A program made the position numbers and the translations under genes. Below, piece by piece: positions 1 to 10,228 of a DNA stretch of 64,000 nt. Each line of letters opens with the position of its first letter. Position 1 is the first letter of the stretch. The DNA is from an uncultured bacterium (lineage in GTDB: Bacteria; Patescibacteriota; Minisyncoccia; UBA6257; 2-01-FULL-56-20): assembly GCA_963718515.1 (NCBI GenBank), contig OY970354.1:238363-302362 (forward strand). The letters run 5' to 3'. The notes under the pieces were generated by a model. It did no database searches, was not told the origin of the DNA, and saw only the letters and a program-made list of their open reading frames with translations.

Positions 1-255
1 CCGAAACCGGGCACCACCGTGGAGCTCCAGAACGCCTACCACTTTTTTGGCGGCAACGGAAAAATGTTGAGAGCGACGCAAGGCGGCAGGTTCGCCCCGT
101 CCACGGACATCCCGCGGTACGTCAAACTCTATAACGCGGGCGTTTTAAAAACTGACGGCATTATTTCGCACCGGATGAAGCTTGATGACATCAACGAGGC
201 GATCGCGCTCGTGCGGCAAGGGCAGGCGGGCAGGATATTGATCGATCCGAACTAA
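1..255 (+). CDS. Zn-dependent alcohol dehydrogenase family protein, C-terminal fragment (5' end outside window)
   Basis: The frame is open to the left edge. The tail ...DIPRYVKLYNAGVLKTDGIISHRMKLDDINEAIALVRQGQAGRILIDPN resembles the C-terminus of medium-chain Zn-ADHs. Confidence 0.6.
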   Translation, partial: PKPGTTVELQNAYHFFGGNGKMLRATQGGRFAPSTDIPRYVKLYNAGVLKTDGIISHRMKLDDINEAIALVRQGQAGRILIDPN

Positions 256-256
256 T

Positions 257-1018
257 ATGAAAGATCTAAAGGAAAAGATCATCAGAATATCCACCGCCGC
301 GAACGAGGGGCACATTCCCGCGGCATTTTCCATCCTTGATATTCTCTGGGTCCTCTATGACCGGATCCTTGGGATTACTCCGGAAAATTTTGATGATCCG
401 GACAGGAATCGTTTTGTGTTGAGCAAAGGCCATGCCGCGATAGGCCTCTATATTGTTCTCGCCGAAAAGGGATTTTTTACGCTCGACGAACTGAAGGATT
501 TTGGTAAGTTCGGCAGCCGATTCGGCGGCCATCCTGACCGGACAAAAGTGCCCGGCGTCGAGGCGTCCACGGGTTCCCTCGGACATGGATTCCCGATGGC
601 AGTCGGGCTTGCGCTCGGGGCGAAGATAAAAAAAAGTGCGAGCAAGATATATGTGATCGTCGGCGATGGCGAATGCAACGAGGGGACGATCTGGGAATCG
701 GCCATGCTCGGCGCCCACCACAAACTTGATAATCTGTATTGTATCGTCGACCAGAATCATTCCGGCGACGGGCCAATGGATCCCCACGATATGAGAAAGA
801 AATTTGAAGCATTCGGCTGGGATGCGGTTTCCATCAACGGCCATGATCAAGAGCAGATCTATACTGCCTTGACCCGCAGGGGCAATGGTAAACCGCTCGC
901 GGTGATCGCAGAGACCATCAAGGGGAATGGGGCGAAAATAATGGAGAACAATGCCGAGTGGACGCATAAATACCCCACAAAAGAGCAGATGGAAGAGATC
1001 ATAAGCGGACTTACGTAA
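257..1018 (+). CDS. transketolase, N-terminal TPP-binding subunit (two-gene form)
   Basis: 253-aa ORF with SKGHAAIGLY, GGHPDR, GSLGHGFPMAVGLALG and VGDGECNEG motifs. The partner subunit gene starts 5 nt downstream. Confidence 0.85.
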   Translation: MKDLKEKIIRISTAANEGHIPAAFSILDILWVLYDRILGITPENFDDPDRNRFVLSKGHAAIGLYIVLAEKGFFTLDELKDFGKFGSRFGGHPDRTKVPGVEASTGSLGHGFPMAVGLALGAKIKKSASKIYVIVGDGECNEGTIWESAMLGAHHKLDNLYCIVDQNHSGDGPMDPHDMRKKFEAFGWDAVSINGHDQEQIYTALTRRGNGKPLAVIAETIKGNGAKIMENNAEWTHKYPTKEQMEEIISGLT

Positions 1019-1023
1019 TATCC

Positions 1024-1902
1024 ATGCGCAAACAATTACCACAAACGATCGACGACGCCCTCAAGGCGGACGGCAACGTGATTCTGCTCTACGGGGACGT
1101 GGGAACGTACGGCTTCCGGAGTTCCCAGGCGCAGTTTCCGGACCGCATCTACAATGTGGGAATTTTGGAACAGTCCATGGTGAGCATGGCTGCGGGCCTT
1201 GCGATGCAGGGCTTTATTCCCGTCGTGCACACCATCGCAACTTTTCTCGTGGAGCGTTCACTGGAGCAGATCAAAGATGATTTTGGATATCAGTGCCTTG
1301 GTGGAAATTTTATCAGCATAGGCGCCTCATATGATCTGACATCGTGGGGCTGTACCCATCAGTGTCCCGGCGATGTGGGCATTTTAAAGAACGTTCCCGA
1401 TGTGGAGATTATCGTTCCCGGATCACCCTCCGAGTTCGATGCTCTTTTTAAACAATCGTATGCCGACGGCCGCCCGACCTATTTCCGCCTGAGCGCCAAG
1501 AGCAATGCCGAAAGCCATCCGGCCGCATTTGGAAAAGCGCATGTGATCCGCACCGGCACCCGGGCCACCGTGATCGCGGTGGGTCCGATGCTCGAACGCG
1601 TGCAGGAGGCCTGTAAGGATCTGGACGTGACGATCCTGTATTACACGACGCTCCAGCCGTTCGACCATAAAACATTACGGGAGCATATCACAAAAAAAAT
1701 AATCATATGCGAACCTTATTACAGCGGTGCCCTCGCGGTTGACGTCTCCGTGGCCGCCGGAAATCATCCCGTAGAAATATCACACATCGGGGTTCCGCGG
1801 GAATTTCCCCACCACTACGGCACGGCGGACGATCTGGATGCGCTTTTTCATCTTACGGCGCACGATGTTGAAAACAGGATCGCCACTATTTTGGAGAAGT
1901 AA
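1024..1902 (+). CDS. transketolase, C-terminal pyrimidine-binding subunit
   Basis: 292-aa ORF. YNVGILEQSMVSMAAGLAMQGFIPVVHTIATF is typical of the second half of split transketolase. Confidence 0.8.
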   Translation: MRKQLPQTIDDALKADGNVILLYGDVGTYGFRSSQAQFPDRIYNVGILEQSMVSMAAGLAMQGFIPVVHTIATFLVERSLEQIKDDFGYQCLGGNFISIGASYDLTSWGCTHQCPGDVGILKNVPDVEIIVPGSPSEFDALFKQSYADGRPTYFRLSAKSNAESHPAAFGKAHVIRTGTRATVIAVGPMLERVQEACKDLDVTILYYTTLQPFDHKTLREHITKKIIICEPYYSGALAVDVSVAAGNHPVEISHIGVPREFPHHYGTADDLDALFHLTAHDVENRIATILEK

Positions 1903-1910
1903 TATCAATA

Positions 1911-2609
1911 ATGCCGAGCGTCATTCTCTACCACCACTTACTTTTGGGAGATCAGCTCATTTGCAATGGTCTCACGCGCGAATATTGCAAAAAGTACGAC
2001 CGGGTCGCGATGTTCTGCCTGCCCCGTTATTACGAAGTGATATCCTTCATGTACCGCGATCTTTCGAACCTCACGATCATACAGGGTGACGACATCGACG
2101 CGATCGAGTTCATTTTTTTCAATAGGTTCAAACGGGAATATGACGAAGCGAAGATCATCGGCACGCCCTACCTTGATCCTTATCACAATGTAAAAGATCT
2201 TTGCACGTGCGAGGAGGAGTTCTATCGCCTGGCCGGCGTGGACCCGAAAAAGAAGTGGAGCAGTTTCTATGTTGAAAGGGACAAAAAAAGAGAGGAGGAC
2301 CTTTTCCGTCGCATCGTCCCAAAGGGTGATTATGCTTTTATTCATGATGACGGGCGCTTCCGCATCGACCGCGCAAAGGTAACGCTTTCTGAGGTCGCGA
2401 CGCCGGTGATGGGGCTCACCAACAACGCCTTCGATTACTGCCTGCTCATAGAAAAGGCAAAAGAGGTGCACGTTATCGATTCTTCTTTTATGTACCTCGT
2501 GGATCTTTTGCCGGATGCCGGACAAAAACTGTTCATCCACCGTTACGCACGTCCCAATAGCATATGGACTCTGCCGTCGCTTAAAAAGGACTGGATCATA
2601 GTAAAATGA
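1911..2609 (+). CDS. hypothetical protein; the N-terminus weakly resembles the GT9/heptosyltransferase start
   Basis: 232-aa ORF tightly packed in the glycan cluster. The N-terminal LLLGDQLICNGLTREYCKKYDRVAMF pattern is only suggestive. Confidence 0.45.
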   Translation: MPSVILYHHLLLGDQLICNGLTREYCKKYDRVAMFCLPRYYEVISFMYRDLSNLTIIQGDDIDAIEFIFFNRFKREYDEAKIIGTPYLDPYHNVKDLCTCEEEFYRLAGVDPKKKWSSFYVERDKKREEDLFRRIVPKGDYAFIHDDGRFRIDRAKVTLSEVATPVMGLTNNAFDYCLLIEKAKEVHVIDSSFMYLVDLLPDAGQKLFIHRYARPNSIWTLPSLKKDWIIVK

Positions 2610-2819
2610 AAAAGATAGTAAGACCCATCATGAAGATCGTGTGGAAGATATATTGCGTGGTTTACTTTCGATGTATGATGCTGGGGCATTGGGTCAAAGG
2701 GGATATAACATTGCCGACGTTCCTCACTCTCCTGCTTCTTCCCCGCATGCGGCCACGGGACTTCGACTATTTCAAAGGCCTTACGCATCCACCGGCGAAA
2801 TTCCCCGGCACACAATGAA

Positions 2820-3935
2820 ATGAAGGTACTTCTTGTTGGTCTCCAAAAACGAGGTGGCGGTGCGCTCGACGCGTCGGGCCTTTCGAACGGATTATGCGCC
2901 AACCGTTTTTGGCATGAGATCATCGTGTCGGATGGCAACGAGCTTGCCGACGAGTTCGGCGACAACGATTACCGGCGCACGGTGCGGATCCCGACCTATG
3001 GTTCAAGCGTAAAAAGTTTCGTGCTCCACTCTCTATTATTGGCGCGCCCGCTCCGGCTTATCGCCGAGATCCGCAAGGCGCGCCCGTCGGTCGTGCATAT
3101 CGTGCATTTCCATCCATGGGATGTGTTGGTTTTTTTGGCCCGACCATTGTTTAAGTACAAGATTATTTATGGCGTGCAAGAAGATCCCTATGGCCGCAAA
3201 GATGCGAGCAACCCGCTCATCATGGGGCCGCTCGAGAGGATGTTTGTCGCGCGCGCCGACATCGTGGCTCCGTACAGTGATTATATGAAAGGGATACTTG
3301 CACAACATATTCCGGAGCAAAAAATAAAAACGGTCTATGCGGGGGACTACCGAAGGTTTTTCCCGAGTTTTAAGCACAAAGGGTTCCACACGAACGGAAC
3401 GTTAAGGATATTATTTTTCGGTCCTATCAAGGAATATAAAGGAGTGGATGTTTTGGTCGAGTCGATGGCGATGGTAAAAAAACGGGGCCTCGACGTTGCG
3501 CTCACGATCGCCGGCACGCAGGATCCCGCCGTCCACATCGTTGACCCGGCCGAAGTTGAGCGGCTCGGCATCACTTGGATCAACACGTTTTTGAGCCGCG
3601 AAGAGATCGGCGCATTGATGGAAGACGCCGATGTGATGACCATCCCGTATCGCGAAGCGACACAGACCACTCCCGGACTCCTCGCGATAACCTACGGGCT
3701 TCCGGCGATCGGTACAAGGAGCGGCGGCTTGCCGGAGCAAGTGGAGGATGGGGTGAATGGATTGCTCGTGCTGCCCGGTGACGCGGATGCCTTTGCCGCG
3801 GCCATAGAAAAAATATACAACGACCGGAGCCTGCTCAAGAAATTCAGCGAAGGGGCGCGGAAGCTGTACGAGACAAAGTTCAGCTGGGATCTCATCGCCG
3901 GCGATGCGATCCGGGAGATCTATAATAAACTCTGA
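2820..3935 (+). CDS. glycosyltransferase family 4 (GT-B fold)
   Basis: 371-aa ORF. The C-terminal LPAIGTRSGGLPEQVEDGVNGLLVLPGD matches the EX7E-type GT4 signature. Confidence 0.8.
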   Translation: MKVLLVGLQKRGGGALDASGLSNGLCANRFWHEIIVSDGNELADEFGDNDYRRTVRIPTYGSSVKSFVLHSLLLARPLRLIAEIRKARPSVVHIVHFHPWDVLVFLARPLFKYKIIYGVQEDPYGRKDASNPLIMGPLERMFVARADIVAPYSDYMKGILAQHIPEQKIKTVYAGDYRRFFPSFKHKGFHTNGTLRILFFGPIKEYKGVDVLVESMAMVKKRGLDVALTIAGTQDPAVHIVDPAEVERLGITWINTFLSREEIGALMEDADVMTIPYREATQTTPGLLAITYGLPAIGTRSGGLPEQVEDGVNGLLVLPGDADAFAAAIEKIYNDRSLLKKFSEGARKLYETKFSWDLIAGDAIREIYNKL

Positions 3936-5038
3936 TAATCGTCCGCCATTTTCTCGAGGGAGAATAATTCTTTCTTGTTGTCATCGCAGAGATTTCCCGA
4001 AATGTTCTCCGCCGCCGCGGTGAATTTTTTTATGAGGTCTGCGCGATCGTCGAAGCGATAGAGCGATCGCTCACTTGCGATCTCCCGGTTACCTCCAACG
4101 TCGGAGGCAAGCACCGGCACTTCGGTAAAGAGGCATTCGGTGAGCGTTATGGGAAGCCCTTCGTAGCGCGATGGCAGGATAAAGAGGTCGAATGCCTTCA
4201 GATACTGCGCGGCGTTATTGAGCTCTCCTAAAAGGAAAAATTTCTCTTCAAGGCCGAGTTGTCGTATCAACTCCTCGCACCGGGCCCGTTCCGGACCGTC
4301 ACCGATCACGACCGCGATGGCGTTCGGTTTGACCGCGAGAAGATCGTTGAAGGATCGAATGAGAAACTCATAATTTTTTTGATAGGACAGGCGGCCGATG
4401 GATCCTATGATGAACGCGGCGCCGACATCGCGGCCGATATTCTTTGCAATGGCGGCGCGGGCGGCATCTTTCGGCATGAACGATAGAGACGACTCGTCGA
4501 AGCCGTTGTAGATGACCGCGCCGCCCTTTACGATCCCGAGCCTGTGGGCCTCTTCGCGGTCGTGGTGGTCAACAAAGACCGCCGTATCGACATATTGCAT
4601 GAAGAACTTGAAAAAGAGCCGATACCCGAACTTCATCAGGGGAAATGTCCGGTAGTTTTTATCGAGCACCGAAAGCCCATGCACTGTGAATACCGTCCTT
4701 ATTTTTTTATCGGCATGCTTTGCCCCGAGCGCACCGGGCAGGGAATTACTGCTGTTAAATTGCACAAGATCATAAGGGTTTTTTTTCAAAAAACGCTTTA
4801 GTTCAAGAGCAAAAAGAATGGCGGCGAAGGGGTTCGCGCTCCTTTTCAAATAATGAAAGCTGAACGTCGGTATGTGTTCCCCCGAAAGCTTTGCGCTCAA
4901 GAACGCCCCCTCTCCCATGCCGACGGCAACATCACATCCTCTGTGCTTCAAGGATCGCGCGAGATTATGGACAAAGACCTGGGCGCCGCCGACGTCTCCC
5001 TTGGTTATGACGATAAGGATTTTTTTAGGCGCGGGCAT
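3920..5038 (-). CDS. glycosyltransferase family 4
   Basis: 372-aa ORF with PSRYEGLPITLTECLFTEVPVLASDVGGNREI and an N-terminal GDVGGAQVFV motif. Confidence 0.8.
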   Translation of the reverse strand: MPAPKKILIVITKGDVGGAQVFVHNLARSLKHRGCDVAVGMGEGAFLSAKLSGEHIPTFSFHYLKRSANPFAAILFALELKRFLKKNPYDLVQFNSSNSLPGALGAKHADKKIRTVFTVHGLSVLDKNYRTFPLMKFGYRLFFKFFMQYVDTAVFVDHHDREEAHRLGIVKGGAVIYNGFDESSLSFMPKDAARAAIAKNIGRDVGAAFIIGSIGRLSYQKNYEFLIRSFNDLLAVKPNAIAVVIGDGPERARCEELIRQLGLEEKFFLLGELNNAAQYLKAFDLFILPSRYEGLPITLTECLFTEVPVLASDVGGNREIASERSLYRFDDRADLIKKFTAAAENISGNLCDDNKKELFSLEKMADDYQSLL

Positions 5039-6494
5039 GGTTCGCTACAATTTCTTTTATTTCGGTAAAGAAAGGCTCTCTGATGATCCAGAGCGACGCA
5101 AAGTATACTCCCGCGCTGACCACGACGTTCACAATCACTTCGACGCCCGCGAGCGAGAGAAGGATGGTCACCACCCCCATCACGATACCGGATGCGATCA
5201 TCCTTTTCATCTTCGGAACGATCTCAAAATGATTTATCTTATTCATAATGCTCCAGAGATACCAATTGGAAGCCACCTGGGCGATGAGCGTTGCAAAAGC
5301 GGAACCGACGATCCCAAAGCGCGGAATAAGGATGAGGTCGAGCACGATATTCGAAATTCCGGCGATCGCGGAGGAGACAATAAGTCCCCGTTGATGGTCG
5401 TAGGTGAAGACGGCCGATGCAATGACCCCCGCCGGGAAATCGAACATCATGCCGAACATGAGGACGGCGAGCGACAGGCCGCCGGCGGCGTACGGCGCGC
5501 CGAAGACGAGCCGCATGACCTGGGTGCCGAGTATCATGCCGCCGATCGCGAGCGGCACCGAGACGAGAAATATAAAGCCGAGCGTCCGTTCGAACCCGGC
5601 GCGGAATCGGGCCTTATCTTCCTTGGCAAGGCGGGAAAATGCGGGGAGTGTGCTTGTTTGGATGATGCCGGGGATCACATAGAAGACCTGCACGATACGG
5701 ATGGCAGCCGCGTAAATGCCGACCTCGGAAGCGGTCCGGATCCAGCTGATGATGAGGATGTCGGTGTTCGTGAGGAGAAGACCGAGCACGCCGATGATGG
5801 CGAACGGCCACGCCGCCTGCATGAACGAGACGGCGAGTTTGGCGGAGAAATGCGGAAGTGATTTTTTAAGATAGGAAAATGTAACGATGGTGGCCGTGAG
5901 GCCGCCGATCGCCGTTCCGGCGGCGTAGCCCCACGCGAGCGCCCCCGGGGTTTTGCTGATGAAGAGGAAGATGAATCCGAATATCACGACCGCTGCATTG
6001 GTGAGAAGGAATATTGCCGCGTCCCACTCCATTTTTTCGCGCGCGCGGAGGAGCGACGAGAAAAATTCCCGGAAGCTATCGAATGCAAGGATGATGGCGA
6101 TGATGGGGATGAGCGCCTTCGCTCCGGGCAGTGTCGAAAAAGAAGGCGAGACGAAAATGATGAGAAGCACGCCTATCACGATGAGCGCCAATTTTATCGC
6201 GAATGCCGTTGAGAATACGGCCATGCGTTTTTCCTCGGGAGCCTTCGAGGTTTCGCGGATAAGAAGGAAATTCACACCGGGGTCGAGGAACAACCCCACA
6301 AATCCGGCGAGTGTCACCGCGTACGAAAATATGCCGTATCCGGCGGTATCCAGCGCCCGCGCGGCGTAAATGACGATCGCGGCTTTAATGATGCGCCCGC
6401 CGTAATTGGAGATGGAGAGCCACGCGGTGTTCTTGGCCACGGTTTGCCTTCCGGAGCGGTTCTCGAAGAGGAACGCCTTTATCTTTTTTAACAT
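5025..6494 (-). CDS. polysaccharide/O-antigen flippase (Wzx, MOP superfamily)
   Basis: 489-aa polytopic membrane ORF of about 12-14 hydrophobic segments. Its start resembles Wzx-type starts (KNTAWLSISNYGGRIIKAAIVIYAARAL), and it overlaps the GT4 gene by 14 nt. Confidence 0.75.
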   Translation of the reverse strand: MLKKIKAFLFENRSGRQTVAKNTAWLSISNYGGRIIKAAIVIYAARALDTAGYGIFSYAVTLAGFVGLFLDPGVNFLLIRETSKAPEEKRMAVFSTAFAIKLALIVIGVLLIIFVSPSFSTLPGAKALIPIIAIILAFDSFREFFSSLLRAREKMEWDAAIFLLTNAAVVIFGFIFLFISKTPGALAWGYAAGTAIGGLTATIVTFSYLKKSLPHFSAKLAVSFMQAAWPFAIIGVLGLLLTNTDILIISWIRTASEVGIYAAAIRIVQVFYVIPGIIQTSTLPAFSRLAKEDKARFRAGFERTLGFIFLVSVPLAIGGMILGTQVMRLVFGAPYAAGGLSLAVLMFGMMFDFPAGVIASAVFTYDHQRGLIVSSAIAGISNIVLDLILIPRFGIVGSAFATLIAQVASNWYLWSIMNKINHFEIVPKMKRMIASGIVMGVVTILLSLAGVEVIVNVVVSAGVYFASLWIIREPFFTEIKEIVANHARA

Positions 6495-6602
6495 GGGAAT
6501 CGTACCTTAACTCATACAGAATAGCCGAAAATACGGCCCTCGTAAATCATGCACTTCGTCCGGGCGGGTGCACAAAAAACCGGAATACGTTACAATGTGC
6601 AT

Positions 6603-7508
6603 ATGAAAATATTGGTCACGGGGGGGACGGGTTTCGTTGGCTCGAATATCGCGTTGCGTCTTATGGAGCTTGGGCACGATATCCTCATAACGGGCAGCGA
6701 CGCCGAGCAAAAACTACCTGGCTTTACGGGTAAATATTTACAGCCGGGATTGCATGGCATTGATTGGGAGGCGATCGGGCCGCTCGATGCGGTCTTCCAC
6801 GAAGCGGCCATCAATGATACGACCCTCCTTGATGAACGCGAGATGATGCGCGCGAATGTCGACGCCTCTATGGCATTATTTGAATATGCGGCGGCCCACG
6901 GATGCAAGAAGATAGTGTACGCATCTTCCACGGCGGTCTATGGCGCATCGCCTGCGCCGTATATAGAAGACAAAGGGTTGGAACCCTTGAATCCTTACGG
7001 ACGTTCCAAGCTGATCCTTGATGAGAAGGCGATGGCATTCGCCGCGTCCCACCCCGACGTCTCGGTGATCGGTCTGCGTTATTGCAACGTGTACGGCCCG
7101 GGAGAGTCCCATAAAGGAAAGAGGGCGAGCATGATCTATCAGTTGGCCGGACAAATGGTTAAGGGCAATCCGCGCATCTTCAAAGGCGGTGAGCAAAAGC
7201 GGGATTTTGCATACGTTAAAGATGTCGTGCAAGCAAATATGCTCGCGCTTGCGGCGCAGGGAAGTTTTGTGGTGAATTGCGGCGCCGGGCAGGCAACCAG
7301 CTTTAATGATGTCATTGCGGCGTTGAATAAGGTATTGGAATTGGCCCGTACTCCGGAATATATCGAGAACCCTTATGCGGATCGCTATCAGAACTTTACC
7401 CAGTGCAATCTTTCACTCGCGAAGGCAAAGCTCGGATTTGTTCCCGAGTACGGTATCGAAGACGGGATCGCGGATTATCACAAGAGCGGATCGCTTTATT
7501 TATCCTAA
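6603..7508 (+). CDS. hldD: ADP-L-glycero-D-manno-heptose 6-epimerase-like NAD-dependent epimerase
   Basis: The start was chosen at MKILVTGGTGFVGSNI (Rossmann GxxGxxG). YASSTAVYG, NPYGRSKL and LRYCNVYGPGESHKGKRASMIYQL followed by KRDFAYVKDV match HldD-specific motifs. Confidence 0.65.
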   Translation: MKILVTGGTGFVGSNIALRLMELGHDILITGSDAEQKLPGFTGKYLQPGLHGIDWEAIGPLDAVFHEAAINDTTLLDEREMMRANVDASMALFEYAAAHGCKKIVYASSTAVYGASPAPYIEDKGLEPLNPYGRSKLILDEKAMAFAASHPDVSVIGLRYCNVYGPGESHKGKRASMIYQLAGQMVKGNPRIFKGGEQKRDFAYVKDVVQANMLALAAQGSFVVNCGAGQATSFNDVIAALNKVLELARTPEYIENPYADRYQNFTQCNLSLAKAKLGFVPEYGIEDGIADYHKSGSLYLS

Positions 7509-7515
7509 TTTTATT

Positions 7516-7980
7516 ATGGCGCGGAAAAAGAAAATTGTTGTCGCTGTTTCCGGGGGATTTGACCCTGTCCACATCGGCCATGTGCGGATGTTCGAGCGCG
7601 CACGGGCGTTGGGCGACGAACTTGTGGTTATTCTTAACAACGACCACTGGCTCAAAAAAAAGAAAGGCTATGCTTTTATGCCGGAAAAGGAACGCAAGGA
7701 GGTGATCGAGGCGCTTCGCGCCGTGGATCGCGTGGTCATCACAAAGCATAAGCCGAATGATAAAGACACGAGCGTTTCGCGCGCGCTTCGCGCGATCAAG
7801 CCGGATATTTTTGCGAATGGCGGCGATCGGAAGCTCGGCAACATTCCCGAAGTTCCCGTCTGCGCCGCGATCGGGTGTGTGATGATCTTCAATATCGGCC
7901 ACGGCGGCAAAGTGCAATCAAGCTCCTGGCTTTTAAAGGAACACCAGAAACACGAGGCGTCTGTGAAGCGCAAGAAATAA
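7516..7980 (+). CDS. cytidylyltransferase-family nucleotidyltransferase (HldE domain II / RfaE-II-like heptose-1-P adenylyltransferase candidate)
   Basis: Internal ATG at 7516. VSGGFDPVHIGHVRMFERARALGDELVVILNND is the (H/T)xGH nucleotidyltransferase motif. The gene lies adjacent to the HldD-like gene. Confidence 0.65.
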   Translation: MARKKKIVVAVSGGFDPVHIGHVRMFERARALGDELVVILNNDHWLKKKKGYAFMPEKERKEVIEALRAVDRVVITKHKPNDKDTSVSRALRAIKPDIFANGGDRKLGNIPEVPVCAAIGCVMIFNIGHGGKVQSSSWLLKEHQKHEASVKRKK

Positions 7981-7981
7981 A

Positions 7982-8010
7982 ATACCCCGCAAAGGAGCGG
8001 GGTATTTTAT
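7982..8010. terminator. bidirectional intrinsic terminator between convergent genes
   Basis: ATACCCCGC-aaagga-GCGGGGTAT hairpin flanked by A-rich and T-rich tracts. Confidence 0.7.
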
Positions 8011-8012
8011 TT

Positions 8013-9350
8013 CTATTGCGGGTTGATGAAGATGGACTTCAACGTCTTCAGCACGATCGTCCAGTCGAGGATCGGCGAGCGGTTTTTTAGATAATAAATA
8101 TCGTATTGGAGTTTTTCCATCACGTCCGCGTCGGTCAGGTCTGCGCGGTGATGGATCTGCGCCCATCCGGTGACGCCGGGTTTGATGAAGAGCCGCGCTT
8201 CGTAGTAGGGGATCCGCGCCGCGAGCTGCTTTACGAATTCCGGCCGCTCCGGCCGCGGGCCGACGAATGAGAGGTCGCTACGCAGGATGTTCCACAGCTG
8301 GGGAAGCTCATCAAGGTGCGACGCGCGCAATATCCCGCCGATCGGCGTCGTGCGCGCATCGTTCTTTGATGCCCACTGGGCACCGTCCTTTTCCGCGTCC
8401 ACGCGCATGGTGCGGAACTTATAGAGCGTGAACTCTTTTCCTTTTTCACCAACGCGCACCTGTTTATAGATGATGGGGCCGCGCGAGGTGATCGCTACGA
8501 GCAAGGCAATAAGTATTTCGAATGGAATGAGGACGATCGCGATCACGAGCGCTCCGATAAACTCCGACGCGCGCTTGAGGGAATCATAGAAACGCACCTC
8601 TCCCGCGATGTTTTCGAGGAACCATGTTTCACGGATCTCGGTGATTGGCACCTTCTGCATGATAAGTTCGTAGAACGTGACGAGATCGATCACGGTGATG
8701 CCCGTCGCGAAGAGTTCGTAGAGGACCGCCACAAGTTTCGGCTCGTGCTTCAGCTCGTTCGGGATGATGATGAGGTTGAGGTTCTCGCGCCTGGTGATCG
8801 CGCGGATCGCTTCCGGCGTGGTATACGCCGTTTTTTCGTCCATCTCCGCTTTGATGCCATAGCCGAGCTGGGGATTATCTCTGAGAACTTTCTTGATCTC
8901 ATCACCGATCTCACCACTGCCGATCACCAGCACTTTGTTCGGCAGGTCGCCGAATGCCATTGCGCGGTTCAAAAATCGCCGCCAGAATATTTCAATGACG
9001 GCAAAAATGACGATGAAGAGCAGGAGGTTTGTTTTTGGAGTGATCCCAAAGACAGGCACGAGGTAAAAAAGCAATACGGCGATCGTGCCGTTTATGCCGA
9101 TGCACAGAAAGAGCGTTTTCAGGAAATCGAGATTGTTGCGGAGGCGGCGTAGGTCATAGAGCCCGGCGACGTAGAAAACGACGATCCATATTATGAAGAT
9201 GATGGTAAAGGGGAATGCGTGTGCGGTAAGGAATTGTTGATAAAAATCCCCGCCATACCGGATGAGGAGGGTAATAAAAAGCCCCGCATAGAGCGCGGCG
9301 GCGTCGGCGATAAAAAAGAGAAAGACCTTTAATTTATTCCCAAACCCCAT
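8013..9350 (-). CDS. polyprenyl-phosphate sugar phosphotransferase (WbaP/exopolysaccharide priming enzyme family)
   Basis: Start trimmed to MGFGNKLKVF (ATG at 9350). It has N-terminal TM segments and a C-terminal bacterial sugar transferase domain with DELPQLWNILRSDLSFVGPRPERPEF and KPGVTGWAQI. Confidence 0.8.
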   Translation of the reverse strand: MGFGNKLKVFLFFIADAAALYAGLFITLLIRYGGDFYQQFLTAHAFPFTIIFIIWIVVFYVAGLYDLRRLRNNLDFLKTLFLCIGINGTIAVLLFYLVPVFGITPKTNLLLFIVIFAVIEIFWRRFLNRAMAFGDLPNKVLVIGSGEIGDEIKKVLRDNPQLGYGIKAEMDEKTAYTTPEAIRAITRRENLNLIIIPNELKHEPKLVAVLYELFATGITVIDLVTFYELIMQKVPITEIRETWFLENIAGEVRFYDSLKRASEFIGALVIAIVLIPFEILIALLVAITSRGPIIYKQVRVGEKGKEFTLYKFRTMRVDAEKDGAQWASKNDARTTPIGGILRASHLDELPQLWNILRSDLSFVGPRPERPEFVKQLAARIPYYEARLFIKPGVTGWAQIHHRADLTDADVMEKLQYDIYYLKNRSPILDWTIVLKTLKSIFINPQ

Positions 9351-9357
9351 AGCGTCA

Positions 9358-10227
9358 TTATAAGCGGAATCGGGAGAAGCCGTAAATAAGCCCTTCAACG
9401 ATGACGAAGAAAACGATAATGACCCCAAGCGCAAGGATCCACTCCGCCGCCCGGTTCTCCGGCCGATACGACGTCTTCTCTCCCGCAAAACGCACCGCAG
9501 TTGATGTCGTGGTGAACGGTCGGTTGAATAGTGTTATCCAGAAATAATTGAGCGCATAGCGCAAGCCCATCGTGAACGCGCCTTCCTTCGCGAGTCGCCG
9601 CCCCGAAGAGCGGATGGAAAAATCGAACGAGAATTTTACTTTGCCCACCTTGCTCAATCGCCGCGCGAGGTCGGCGTCATCGCCATAGAATGTGAGGCTC
9701 ACGTCATGGCCGCCGATTTTTTGGAGCGCACTGCGGCGCACGATCTCACTTCCTCCCTGTATGACAGACGTATTCCGGAAAATAAAATTATTAACAACAT
9801 ACACGAGGTACGATATTCCATAGAAGACCTTCACGAGCATCCTTATCGCGATGGGCAGGTCATAATAGATGAATGGGCCGGAGAGGCATACGAGATTCGG
9901 ATCTTTTGAGAACTCACGTTCAGCGCGCGCGATCCACCCCTGCGTCATTTCTGTATCGGCGTCGAGAAATGCCACGAGCGTCCCTTTCGCAGCCATAAAT
10001 CCCGCCTCGCGCGCGCTGTTCGCACCGGGCCGTGGTTCATGGATCAGCGTGACCGCCGGGTAATCGCGCCGCACGATGTCGCACGTCTTATCGGTCGAGT
10101 TATTATCCACGACGATGATCTCGAATCCATCGCGCCCGGAGATCTCGCGGATGATCGGGTCAAGGCAGGATTTGATGTAGTCCTCCTCGTTGTATGCGGG
10201 GATCACAAAACTTATTTTCATATTCAT
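9358..10227 (-). CDS. glycosyltransferase family 2
   Basis: ISFVIPAYNEEDYI, VVDNNSTDKT and FLDADTEM (DxD) motifs. The start was trimmed to avoid overlap with the upstream gene. Confidence 0.8.
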   Translation of the reverse strand: MNMKISFVIPAYNEEDYIKSCLDPIIREISGRDGFEIIVVDNNSTDKTCDIVRRDYPAVTLIHEPRPGANSAREAGFMAAKGTLVAFLDADTEMTQGWIARAEREFSKDPNLVCLSGPFIYYDLPIAIRMLVKVFYGISYLVYVVNNFIFRNTSVIQGGSEIVRRSALQKIGGHDVSLTFYGDDADLARRLSKVGKVKFSFDFSIRSSGRRLAKEGAFTMGLRYALNYFWITLFNRPFTTTSTAVRFAGEKTSYRPENRAAEWILALGVIIVFFVIVEGLIYGFSRFRL

Positions 10228-10228
10228 A

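Noticed and set aside
266-1042. Long ORFs antisense to confident genes. Examples: 266..1042(-), 4872..5861(+), 16965..17552(-), 17876..18505(-), 19715..20368(-), 31288..32046(-), 32471..33526(-), 33628..34398(-), 54903..55811(+), 57600..58511(+).
   Set aside because: Each lies opposite a gene with strong family motifs. Their translations are Arg/Pro/Gly-rich low-complexity strings typical of the antisense of GC-rich coding DNA. They have no motifs and no independent signals.
257-1902. Transketolase split into two ORFs as another frameshift.
   Set aside because: The two halves are separated by a clean stop, a 5-nt gap and a new ATG. They correspond exactly to the well-known two-subunit (N-terminal/C-terminal) transketolase arrangement, so this is not a disruption.
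2606-2823. Small ORFs 2606..2818 (70 aa) and 2641..2823 (60 aa) between the unknown gene and the GT4 gene.
   Set aside because: They have no motifs, mutually exclusive overlapping frames and odd composition. One of them could be real (ATGA overlap with the upstream stop), but I cannot support a call.
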